Source of the DNA: an uncultured Bacteroidota bacterium
GTDB taxonomy: Bacteria; Bacteroidota; Bacteroidia; Bacteroidales; SZUA-534
Assembly: GCA_946186925.1 (NCBI GenBank)
Contig: CAMHPA010000011.1
Span: 5,130 to 69,129 of the forward strand
DNA length: 64,000 bases
Reading direction: 5' to 3'
Shown here: one piece after another, positions 1 to 8,407 of the stretch
How positions within the stretch are numbered: the stretch's first letter is position 1
How the letters are laid out: every line of letters begins with the position of its first letter
Translations under genes and position numbers: made by a program
The notes under the pieces: generated by a model
What the model was told of the DNA's origin: nothing
The model's database searches: none
Seen by the model: the letters and a program-made list of their open reading frames with translations, nothing else

Positions 1-876
1 TGAGTAGATGCTTCCGCGAAGCGTGAAATCAACATAATCGTTGCCGGCAAAGTAGTAGCCGCCGTCCGACAGGAAGAATCCACGAGCTTTTTCTTCGCCC
101 ACGCGCGGCATCAGAAAACCCGAAGTTTTCTTTTTGGTGATGGGGAAGTAGCCGAACGGAATCACCAGCGGCAGCGGAATGTCGGCCATCACCATATACG
201 ATGGTCCGGCAATAATGGCCTTGTCAGGAATGTACTTGCCTTTGGTCATCTCAAGGTAGAAGTGTGGGTCCTCGAGCTCGCAGGTGGTGAACTTTCCGTG
301 AAGCATATTAATCGAGTTATCCACCTCTTTTTTAGTCAGTTCGCTATGCAGATAGCCGTCTTCCTGCTCGGTGTAGAGTTTTTCAATGTAGCCGCGCTTG
401 GTGTTCACGTTGTAGGTGATGTTGATGGCCTTCATCTCTTCGTCGCCTTGAGTGAACACCGGCCGGCCTTCGATATTGCCGGTCGAGTCGGCCACACCCT
501 CGGCATAGATAATGCCCTGGTCCATATCGGCCTCAATGTAGGCGGCGGTAAGAACGATGTCCTCATATTCGATTCTCGCATCACCGAAAAGGAACACTTT
601 TTTGCCGTCGAGCGAGAAAATAGTGGAATCCTTGGCGCTAGTTTTCACGTCGGTGGTCAGCAGATTCTTCTTCGCTTTCGGCTTTTTTGTCGCCGACGAG
701 TCGGCCACCGATAACGAATCAGCCGCCGTCGCAAGCGTGTCAGCCGCGCTGGCCGTTACAGTTGTATCTATATTCGCGACAGTGTTAACAGAATCATTAT
801 CAGTGGTTTGAGCCCCAACTGTTAAATTGGTGATTAAGCATATCAACAATGTCGCAAGAAGGCTTTTTGTTTTCAA
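1..876 (-). CDS. LptD/OstA-like LPS-assembly outer-membrane protein, N-terminal 292 codons (rest runs off the left edge)
   Basis: Open minus-strand frame absent from the ORF track (edge-truncated, TTG start at 876-874). My translation gives MKTKSLLATLLICLITNLTVGAQ (signal peptide), then DGKKVFLFGDARIEYEDIVLTAAYIEADMDQGIIYAEG and HGKFTTCELEDPHFYLEMTKGKYIP, typical of Bacteroidota OstA-like/LptD N-terminal regions. The + strand ORFs 262-714 and 557-811 are its shadows. Confidence 0.7.
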   Translation of the reverse strand, partial: MKTKSLLATLLICLITNLTVGAQTTDNDSVNTVANIDTTVTASAADTLATAADSLSVADSSATKKPKAKKNLLTTDVKTSAKDSTIFSLDGKKVFLFGDARIEYEDIVLTAAYIEADMDQGIIYAEGVADSTGNIEGRPVFTQGDEEMKAINITYNVNTKRGYIEKLYTEQEDGYLHSELTKKEVDNSINMLHGKFTTCELEDPHFYLEMTKGKYIPDKAIIAGPSYMVMADIPLPLVIPFGYFPITKKKTSGFLMPRVGEEKARGFFLSDGGYYFAGNDYVDFTLRGSIYS

Positions 877-989
877 ATCAAATAGAAAAATATACTATTT
901 TTGTTACGCAGCAATACATATTATTATTGCGTGCCAAAACTAAACAAAAATAAGGTGCAATCGAAAGTTCGCCGTTTTATAATTTTCAG

Positions 990-2087
990 ATGGGAAAAAA
1001 ACTTGCAATCGCGACACTGGTCTTGACAATATGCTTGGGATTCGGCACCGCCGACGCCCAGAAAAAACAGTCGTACAAACACACCGTGGTGCTCGATGCC
1101 GGCCACGGCGGCCACGATACGGGCGCCATCGGCAAGAAGGGCAAGGAAAAAGATGTGGTGCTCTCAATTGCGCTCAAGGTTGGCGACTACCTTAAGAAGA
1201 ACTCGCCCGACACCCGCGTCATCTACACCCGCGACGCCGATTTCTTTGTCCCGCTCGACGAGCGCGCCGCCATCGCCAACAAAAACAACGCCGACCTTTT
1301 CGTCTCGGTTCACGCAAACTCAAATAAAAACACAAAACCGTTTGGTACTGAGACGTTTGCAATGGGTTTGCACAAATCGCAGGGTAACCTTGAAGTGGCT
1401 CAGAAAGAGAACTCCGTTATTGTGATGGAGCAAGACTATAACACTAAGTATGAGGGATTTGACCCCTCGTCGGCCGAGTCGTACATCATCTTCTCGCTGA
1501 TGCAGAACGTCTATCTGGACAAAAGCCTGAAGCTTGCGTCGATGGTGCAGGACGAGTTCCGCGAGAAGGCAAAGCGCGCCGACCGCGGCGTGAAGCAGGC
1601 CGGATTCCTTGTACTCTGGCACACCAAAATGCCGAGCATCCTGATTGAGACCGGCTTCATCTCGAACGAAGAAGAGGAGAAGTACCTGATGTCGGAGAGT
1701 GGACAGGATTATCTGGCATCGGCCATCTTCCGCGCCATCCGCGACTATCTGGCATCGCTAGACGCTGAGGAGCAGGAGGTGAAGAAGGCCACCACTGTGG
1801 CTCAGGATGACACTGAAGCCGCACAAAGCACGTTGTGCTATCGCCTGCAGGTGGCCACCACATCGGCGCCCGTGGCCAACCCGATTGAGAAGTTTCCCGG
1901 CAAGCCCGACGTTTTCGAGTACAAAGACGGCAACAAATACAAGTATATGATTGGCCGTTTCGCCACATTAGACGAGGCGTCGGCTTACAAGAAGACCATC
2001 AGCGCCGAATACCCCGACGCGTTCATTGTTCCGTTCAATAACGGCAAGAAAATCTCGATGAGCGACGCCAAGAAACTGGAAAAATAA
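990..2087 (+). CDS. N-acetylmuramoyl-L-alanine amidase (Amidase_3 type) with C-terminal SPOR-like domain
   Basis: Signal peptide MGKKLAIATLVLTICLGFGTADA. Amidase_3 motifs VVLDAGHGGHDTGA, FVSVHANS and MPSILIETGFISN. C-terminal YRLQVATTS...YMIGRFATLDEASAYKKTI...AFIVPF resembles a SPOR domain. Confidence 0.9.
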   Translation: MGKKLAIATLVLTICLGFGTADAQKKQSYKHTVVLDAGHGGHDTGAIGKKGKEKDVVLSIALKVGDYLKKNSPDTRVIYTRDADFFVPLDERAAIANKNNADLFVSVHANSNKNTKPFGTETFAMGLHKSQGNLEVAQKENSVIVMEQDYNTKYEGFDPSSAESYIIFSLMQNVYLDKSLKLASMVQDEFREKAKRADRGVKQAGFLVLWHTKMPSILIETGFISNEEEEKYLMSESGQDYLASAIFRAIRDYLASLDAEEQEVKKATTVAQDDTEAAQSTLCYRLQVATTSAPVANPIEKFPGKPDVFEYKDGNKYKYMIGRFATLDEASAYKKTISAEYPDAFIVPFNNGKKISMSDAKKLEK

Positions 2088-2454
2088 TCCTACAACACGC
2101 AGGTTTATAGGTTTGATTACGCATCAGAAAACGTTGAATTTGTATTCACTTTTTTGACGCATTTTTTTCGACGTTTATTCGTCAAAATAGTTCATTTTTT
2201 TTCGATAAAAATCCACTTAAAGTTGTCGCAAATCAATACCGATTTAGTTTTCAATCAGTTATGAATTTTATTTACAGCTATCTGATATTCAATCATTTAT
2301 AAAAAAAATAAAAAAAGTGAAATTTTTTTTAGTTTGATATTTAGAACAATAACGCAAAACTGAAAAATGCAACAGCAAAATCAGTTTTTTTTCTCCGATT
2401 TTTTAACAATGTTTGTACGTCGAAAACGACAAAAAACAAATCATTAGTTATCAA
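2088..2454. other. AT-rich intergenic region upstream of dnaA; candidate oriC / DNA-unwinding region
   Basis: A 367-bp non-coding stretch with long A/T tracts (2299-2330: ataaaaaaaataaaaaaagtgaaatttttttt). Two imperfect DnaA-box-like words are present, tgtATTCACt (2141-2150) and aaaATCCACt (2208-2217), plus a repeated attcaatca word (about 2258 and 2287). No perfect TTATCCACA box was seen. Confidence 0.3.
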
Positions 2455-3879
2455 ATGAATAAAGATTTTAGGCAAGTTTGGGACAACTGCTTGCGTTTTA
2501 TTAAGGACAATGTGAAGGCTGCCGAGTACAGAACGTGGTTTGAACCTATCGTTCCAGTAAAATTGAATGGTAAAGTTTTAACAATCCAGGTGCCGAGTAC
2601 ATTCTACTATGAGTATCTTGAAGAGACGTACATTGACTTGTTACGCAAGGCATTGCTTGCCGAGCTTGGCGAAGGGACAGGACTGGAGTACAATGTTGTG
2701 ATGCAAAACAACATGCCTCATCATCAGTCGACCATAATAACTATGCCAACCAACGACAAGAAGGATTTGTACAACAATCCGGTGAACATGCCTAACGAGG
2801 ATCATTCGTCGATAAAGAATCCGTTTGTTATTCCGGGCATCCAGAAGCTGCAGATTGATCCTAAACTGAATAATCGCAACACGTTCAATCGATTGGTCGA
2901 AGGCGAGTTCAACCGTCTGGCTCGTTCGGCCGGTTATGCAATAGCCACCAATCCGGGCAAGACAACGTTTAACCCGCTATTTATATATGGTGGATCGGGC
3001 CTAGGAAAGACTCATTTGGCACAAGCCATTGGCATTGAAACCAAAGACCGTTTTCAGGATAAGGTTGTGCTTTATGTTACCGGACACGAGTTCAGCACTC
3101 AGTTTGCCGATGCAACATTGAACAACACCCGCAACGACTTCCTGCACTTTTATCAAATGATCGATCTGCTGATAATTGATGACATTCACGAACTGTCTGG
3201 AAAAGAAAAAACTCAGGATATTTTCTTCGAAATTTTCAACCATCTGCATCAGACAGGCAAGCAGTTGATTATCACATCCGATAAGGCGCCAGCAGACTTG
3301 GAGAGCTTTGAGGACCGGCTGTTGTCAAGGTTCAAATGGGGATTGTCGGCCGAGCTTACCAATCCTGACTACGAGTCGCGCAAAGCTATCTTGAAGCAAT
3401 ACGCCTACAACGAAGGTATCGAAATAAACGATGATATTCTTGATTACGTTGCGGCTCACATTACCAACAACATTCGTGAACTTGAAGGTGCGTTGATTTC
3501 GCTACTGGCACATTCAACGCTTAACCGTGAAACCATCACTATCGATCTGGCGCGCCAGATTATTGACAAACTGGTGAAGAATACCACTCGCGAGCTCAGT
3601 GTGGGCTACATACAAAAGGTTGTATGCGACTACTTTAACCTGCAATCAGACGCAATAACATCGAAAACCCGCAAACGTGAGATTGTTCAGGCGCGCCAGA
3701 TTGCAATGTATTTCGCAAAGAACATGACCAAACTGTCGTTGGCAACCATCGGCTCGCAAATCGGCGGAAAAGACCACGCAACGGTTCTGCACGCCTGCAA
3801 GACGGTGAACAACCTCATCGACACCGACCGCCAGTTCAAGGGCTACATTGAGGAGATTGAGAAAAAACTGAAAATTTGA
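2455..3879 (+). CDS. dnaA: chromosomal replication initiator protein DnaA
   Basis: Walker [16 protein letters not shown], Walker B LLIIDDIH, and C-terminal DNA-binding signature [17 protein letters not shown]...[11 protein letters not shown]. The ORF-track start at 2413 is TTG; the ATG at 2455 ([13 protein letters not shown]) fits DnaA N-termini better. Confidence 0.95.
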   Translation: MNKDFRQVWDNCLRFIKDNVKAAEYRTWFEPIVPVKLNGKVLTIQVPSTFYYEYLEETYIDLLRKALLAELGEGTGLEYNVVMQNNMPHHQSTIITMPTNDKKDLYNNPVNMPNEDHSSIKNPFVIPGIQKLQIDPKLNNRNTFNRLVEGEFNRLARSAGYAIATNPGKTTFNPLFIYGGSGLGKTHLAQAIGIETKDRFQDKVVLYVTGHEFSTQFADATLNNTRNDFLHFYQMIDLLIIDDIHELSGKEKTQDIFFEIFNHLHQTGKQLIITSDKAPADLESFEDRLLSRFKWGLSAELTNPDYESRKAILKQYAYNEGIEINDDILDYVAAHITNNIRELEGALISLLAHSTLNRETITIDLARQIIDKLVKNTTRELSVGYIQKVVCDYFNLQSDAITSKTRKREIVQARQIAMYFAKNMTKLSLATIGSQIGGKDHATVLHACKTVNNLIDTDRQFKGYIEEIEKKLKI

Positions 3880-3964
3880 TTTTTGTAAAACATCGATATT
3901 CATAACTTTATGCAGAGCCAAGGCCTACAAGTCTTGGCATTTGCATTATAAAAAGGACAAAATT

Positions 3965-5338
3965 ATGGCACAAGTTCAGACACCATCGATACCAAAAGGC
4001 ACGCGCGATTTCGGTCCGGCCGAGATGATTAAGCGCAACTACATTTTCGATACCATCAAAAGTGTGTTCAAACTCTATGGTTTTCAGCAGATTGAGACAC
4101 CCGCAACCGAGAACCTCTCAACTCTGATGGGCAAGTACGGCGAGGAGGGCGACAAACTGCTCTTCAAGATTCTGAACTCGGGCGATTATCTTGGCAATGT
4201 TGATGCCGAACTTCTGCAATCGAAAGATTCTGTGAAAGTTACCAACAAGATTTCGGAAAAAGGCCTGCGTTACGACCTGACCGTGCCGTTTGCGCGTTTT
4301 GTGGTGCAGCACCGCAACGACCTTCAGTTCCCGTTCAAGCGTTATCAGATTCAACCCGTTTGGCGTGCCGATAAGCCCCAGAAGGGCCGTTACCGTGAGT
4401 TCTACCAGTGCGATGTCGACATTGTTGGCAGCGACTCGCTGATGAACGAAGTTGAACTGATTCAGATAGTTAACGATGTCTATCAGCGTTTCGGAATCCG
4501 CGTGGCGCTGAAAATCAACAACCGCAAGATTCTGGCAGGAATTGCCGAAGCCATCGGTGCACCCGACAAGATGATGGACATCACCGTTGCCATCGACAAA
4601 CTTGACAAAATCGGAATTGAGAACGTCAACAAAGAGTTGGCCGACAAGGGTTTGAGTAGCGATTCAATTGCCCGCTTGCAGCCGATTCTGGCCTTGAGCG
4701 GCGATAATCGCCAGAAACTTGCACAAATCGCCAACGTGCTGAAAGACAGCGAAGTGGGACAGAAGGGCATTGTCGAACTGACCGCTATTTTCGATGCCAT
4801 TGAGCCGCTTGGCCTGCAAACGCAAATCGACCTCGACCTGACGTTGGCCCGCGGCCTGAACTACTACACGGGCGCCATCTTCGAGGTTAAGGCGCTCGAT
4901 GTGCAGATTGGTTCAATTACAGGCGGCGGCCGCTATGATGACCTGACGGGAATTTTCGGAATGCCAGGCGTTTCGGGCGTTGGCATCTCGTTTGGTGCCG
5001 ACCGCATCTACGATGTGCTCGACCAACTTAATCTATACCCGCAGTCGGCAACGCAATCAACTCAACTGCTGTTTGTTACATTCGGCGAAGCCGAGCAGCA
5101 ATGGTGCCTACCCGTGGTTGCTAAAATGCGTGCTGCTGGCATCAGCACCGAACTCTATCCCGAGCCGGCAAAAATGAAGAAACAGATGTCGTACGCCAAC
5201 GGGCGCAACATCCCGTTTGTGGCTGTGGTGGGCGAGAACGAGGTGAACGAGGGCAAGGTGATGCTGAAGAATATGGCAACCGGTGAGCAGCAGTTGCTTT
5301 CGCCCGACGAAGTTGTTGACTTGCTGAAAAACAAATAG
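3965..5338 (+). CDS. hisS: histidine--tRNA ligase
   Basis: Class II aaRS motifs: [43 protein letters not shown]...[10 protein letters not shown], and a C-terminal anticodon-binding domain. ATG at 3965 ([12 protein letters not shown]) is preferred over the TTG at 3941. Confidence 0.95.
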   Translation: MAQVQTPSIPKGTRDFGPAEMIKRNYIFDTIKSVFKLYGFQQIETPATENLSTLMGKYGEEGDKLLFKILNSGDYLGNVDAELLQSKDSVKVTNKISEKGLRYDLTVPFARFVVQHRNDLQFPFKRYQIQPVWRADKPQKGRYREFYQCDVDIVGSDSLMNEVELIQIVNDVYQRFGIRVALKINNRKILAGIAEAIGAPDKMMDITVAIDKLDKIGIENVNKELADKGLSSDSIARLQPILALSGDNRQKLAQIANVLKDSEVGQKGIVELTAIFDAIEPLGLQTQIDLDLTLARGLNYYTGAIFEVKALDVQIGSITGGGRYDDLTGIFGMPGVSGVGISFGADRIYDVLDQLNLYPQSATQSTQLLFVTFGEAEQQWCLPVVAKMRAAGISTELYPEPAKMKKQMSYANGRNIPFVAVVGENEVNEGKVMLKNMATGEQQLLSPDEVVDLLKNK

Positions 5339-5407
5339 ATTCGTTGTAAAGCTTGTTATCGAATTGACAAAATAGAAGCCGTTTTTGTTATACAACTTTG
5401 TAGAATC

Positions 5408-6184
5408 CTATCTGATTGGATATTCGTCGTGAATGTCTGACAGCACCTCCACTCCGGTTTCGGTAACCAGCACGGTGTGCTCAAACTGCGCCGACAGCTT
5501 GCCGTCGATGGTGCGCGCCGTCCAGCCGTCGTTCTTGTCAATATCAACGCGGGCCTTGCCTTGGTTAATCATCGGCTCAATGGTGAAAATCATTCCTGGA
5601 CGCATAATGGCACCCGAGTTGCGGCGGGCGATGTGGTCAACCTGCGGCTCCTCGTGGAATTCAATGCCCACGCCGTGTCCGCAGAACTCCCAAACAACGC
5701 TGTAGCCTTTCATCTGCGCGTATCGGGCAATGAAAAACCCGATGTTGCCGAAAGTGTTTTTCGGGCGCACCTGCTCAATGCCCAAATCGAGGCAATGCTT
5801 GGTTGCATCTATCAGGTCCTGAGCCTGTTGCGAGATTTCGCCAACGGTGAACATCCGGCTGGTGTCGCCATAGTAGCCGTTGAGAATGGTGGTGACATCG
5901 ATGTTGACAATGTCGCCTTCTTTGAGGATGGTGTCGGGCGAAGGAATGCCGTGGCACACCACGTTGTTGGGCGATATGCAGCAGTATTTCGGGAAGTCGC
6001 CGTAACCCTTGCACGCCGATATGGCGCCGTGGTCGCAGATGAACTCGTTGATGAGGTTGTCGAGGCGCTCGGTGTCAACGCCCGGCTTAATGTATTCTCC
6101 GATGAAATCGAGCGAAGCAGCCGCCAGTTTCGCGCTCTTGCGGATGCCGTCAATCTGCTCTGCGTTCTTGATTAAGATACCCAT
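5408..6184 (-). CDS. map: type I methionine aminopeptidase
   Basis: VCHGIPS, DIVNIDVT...GYYGDTS, FCGHGVGIEFHEEP, FTIEPM and EHTVLVT metal-ligand pattern. ATG at 6184 (MGILIKNAEQIDG) is preferred over the 31-codon upstream extension. Confidence 0.95.
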   Translation of the reverse strand: MGILIKNAEQIDGIRKSAKLAAASLDFIGEYIKPGVDTERLDNLINEFICDHGAISACKGYGDFPKYCCISPNNVVCHGIPSPDTILKEGDIVNIDVTTILNGYYGDTSRMFTVGEISQQAQDLIDATKHCLDLGIEQVRPKNTFGNIGFFIARYAQMKGYSVVWEFCGHGVGIEFHEEPQVDHIARRNSGAIMRPGMIFTIEPMINQGKARVDIDKNDGWTARTIDGKLSAQFEHTVLVTETGVEVLSDIHDEYPIR

Positions 6185-6408
6185 TTCAATATTTTTTTTG
6201 CGGCGCAAATTTGCGCTATTCTTTAGAGAAACGAAAGAATTTTTTTTGCCACAAGCCATCACATTCATCATTATCACACTTCAGCGATTAAAAAACACAC
6301 CTTTCGTTTTGATTATTCATAGATTTTGTAATTTTATTGAAACTTTTGACGCGCAAAATGCTCGTAACTGCATTTTGTGTCCAGTGTAACCGTAAAAAAC
6401 TGATTATT

Positions 6409-7716
6409 ATGGAAATAACCATTATCTGTATCGGCCTGCTTTACTTTTTTTCGCACTATCTGACAATACTCTACCAAAAGACGCGCATTCCCGATGTGCT
6501 CATTTTGATTTTTGTCGGCATACTCATTGGGCCGGTTTTTCATCTGGCTTCGATTGACAGCCTTGGAATGTTGGGGCAGGTGCTCACAAGTGTCGCCCTT
6601 ATCATCATTCTTTTCGAAGGCGGCCTGAATATGGAACTCTCGAGCATTGGCGGCTCGATGCGCACGGCATCGAAACTGACGGTCAGTTTCTTCTTCATAA
6701 CCGCCATTATTGTCGGTGTGTTGCTGCACTATATGCTGCACTACTCGTGGCTGCTGTCGTTCATCACCGGTTTTATTCTGGGTGGCACGTCGTCGGCAGT
6801 GGTGCTGCCAATGGTTCGTTTGCTGCGTATGAGCGACAAGCCAAGCACCGTTCTGGTTTTGGAATCGGCTTTGACCGATGTGTTGTGTATCGTGTTTGCA
6901 ATCAGCTTTTTAGGTAGTTATTCGACGGGCGTTGTTGAATTGGGCAAGATTGCCGGCTCGCTCATTTCGTCGCTGGTGCTGGCATCGGCGTTGGGCGTTG
7001 GCGCGGCTTATGTCTGGCTGCGGCTGATGAACTGGATTAAGACATTCCCCAACACGCAGTTCACAACATTCGCGTTTATGTTCATTGTATATGGTATGGC
7101 CGAATATTTCGGGTTCAGCGGCGCCATCACAGCGCTTGCTTTCGGCATTGTGCTGGGCAACTACAGCAAGATTCATCTGCCTGAAAAGATTAAAAGCAAG
7201 CTGCCCGACGGCATCATCACCGAGCTGGAGCGCAAGCTGTACAGCGAAATCGTCTTCTTGCTGAAAATATACTTCTTTGTCTATCTGGGAATGGCCATTC
7301 CGTTCGAGTCGTCGTACTTCTTCATCATTGCGGCGGCGCTGGTGGGTGCCATCTACCTTGCAAGGCTCGTTTCAACGCGGTTTCTGGTGCGCGACACCGA
7401 CATCACCTGGGAAGACAAGTCGGTTATGTCGGCAATGGTGCCCAAAGGCTTGGCCGCTGCTGTATTGGCCGGATTGCCGCTTCAGTATGGCATTCCCGAA
7501 GGCTCTGAGATTCAGATAATTGTGTATAACGTGGTGTTTGTCAGCATACTGACCACATCGGTTTTGATACCGCTCATCCGCACACGGTTCATCAGCCGGT
7601 TCTATCGCGTTTTCTTCCGGCCGATACCAAAACTCGAGAAAATCGCAATGATAGGAAAGAATAATGACGCGACATCAGGAACTGAATCGGTTGTAAATCA
7701 AAATGATGAAGTATGA
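6409..7716 (+). CDS. cation:proton antiporter (Na+/H+ exchanger family)
   Basis: About 12 hydrophobic segments. The motifs IPDVLILIFVGILIGP, LIIILFEGGLNM and LESALTDVLCIV are typical of CPA1-type exchangers. Confidence 0.8.
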   Translation: MEITIICIGLLYFFSHYLTILYQKTRIPDVLILIFVGILIGPVFHLASIDSLGMLGQVLTSVALIIILFEGGLNMELSSIGGSMRTASKLTVSFFFITAIIVGVLLHYMLHYSWLLSFITGFILGGTSSAVVLPMVRLLRMSDKPSTVLVLESALTDVLCIVFAISFLGSYSTGVVELGKIAGSLISSLVLASALGVGAAYVWLRLMNWIKTFPNTQFTTFAFMFIVYGMAEYFGFSGAITALAFGIVLGNYSKIHLPEKIKSKLPDGIITELERKLYSEIVFLLKIYFFVYLGMAIPFESSYFFIIAAALVGAIYLARLVSTRFLVRDTDITWEDKSVMSAMVPKGLAAAVLAGLPLQYGIPEGSEIQIIVYNVVFVSILTTSVLIPLIRTRFISRFYRVFFRPIPKLEKIAMIGKNNDATSGTESVVNQNDEV

Positions 7717-8339
7717 GTAATGTTGAAATTATCGGCTATGTGGCATCGGCACTGCTGCTGCTTGCCATGATGATGACATCTGTAATAAAACTGCGTATTC
7801 TCAATACTTTAGGTTGTATTCTATATATTCTATATGGTTTGCGAATAGGATCATATCCTGTTGCTTTGATGAATGCCGCTATTGCTTGTGTCAATATAGT
7901 GCACATAGGTCGCAGCCTGTTTTTAAAAAATACGTTTAAACTATTGCAAATCAAGGGCAATGACAGCCTTGTCGAGCCGTTTGTCAATCATTATAAAGCC
8001 GATATCAGTCGCCATTTCCCCGAATTCACGTTGACCGACAAAAACTACACCTGTTCGTATGTTATTGTGCGAAACATGAACATCGCCGGCATATTCTTGG
8101 CCAACGATATGGGCAATGGACGTTTGCTTGTTGATCTTGATTATGTGATTCCCGCTTACCGCGACTGTAAGGTTGGTAATTTTCTGTTCAAGACCAATCG
8201 TAATGTATTCGAACGATTGGGCATCAAAACCATTATTGCCTTGTCAGGAACAAATTATCATTCACGCTATTTGAGGCGTGTGGGTTTCAACGAAATTGCG
8301 TCGGAGGCAGGTGTGAAGACTTTTGAGTTAAACTTGTGA
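7713..8339 (+). CDS. hypothetical protein: N-terminal two or three TM helices (YgjV-like) plus a soluble C-terminal domain (possibly acetyltransferase-like)
   Basis: ATGA start/stop overlap with the antiporter gene suggests coupling. The N-terminus IIGYVASALLLLAMMMTSVIKLRILNTLGCILYILYG is hydrophobic. The C-terminal fold assignment is only a guess. Confidence 0.4.
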   Translation: MSNVEIIGYVASALLLLAMMMTSVIKLRILNTLGCILYILYGLRIGSYPVALMNAAIACVNIVHIGRSLFLKNTFKLLQIKGNDSLVEPFVNHYKADISRHFPEFTLTDKNYTCSYVIVRNMNIAGIFLANDMGNGRLLVDLDYVIPAYRDCKVGNFLFKTNRNVFERLGIKTIIALSGTNYHSRYLRRVGFNEIASEAGVKTFELNL

Positions 8340-8407
8340 ATAACACAATTTTTGCGCTTGAATCAGGATTGGTTGTTGATGTTGATGGAGTTCCGCACCG
8401 TTTATTT

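Noticed and set aside
262-811. + strand ORFs 262-714 (150 aa) and 557-811 (84 aa)
   Set aside because: They are antisense shadows of the well-supported edge-truncated LptD-like gene on the minus strand. Their composition is Gly/Val/His-rich with no motifs.
2413-2454. Upstream alternative starts given in the ORF track (dnaA 2413, hisS 3941, map 6277, dsbD 13108, ompA-like 19228, T9SS gene 27618, slyD 27701, ftsE 33507, TPR 33598, menA 43331, nudC 45506, MFS 52371, LtaS 54187, kinase 54181)
   Set aside because: In each case an internal ATG yields a canonical N-terminus (a signal peptide or the conserved first motif). The upstream extension is compositionally odd or overlaps the neighbouring gene or promoter.
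5477-6175. 232-aa + strand ORF inside map
   Set aside because: It is antisense to an unmistakable methionine aminopeptidase gene. It is Arg/Ala/Val-rich, typical of the opposite strand of GC-rich coding DNA.
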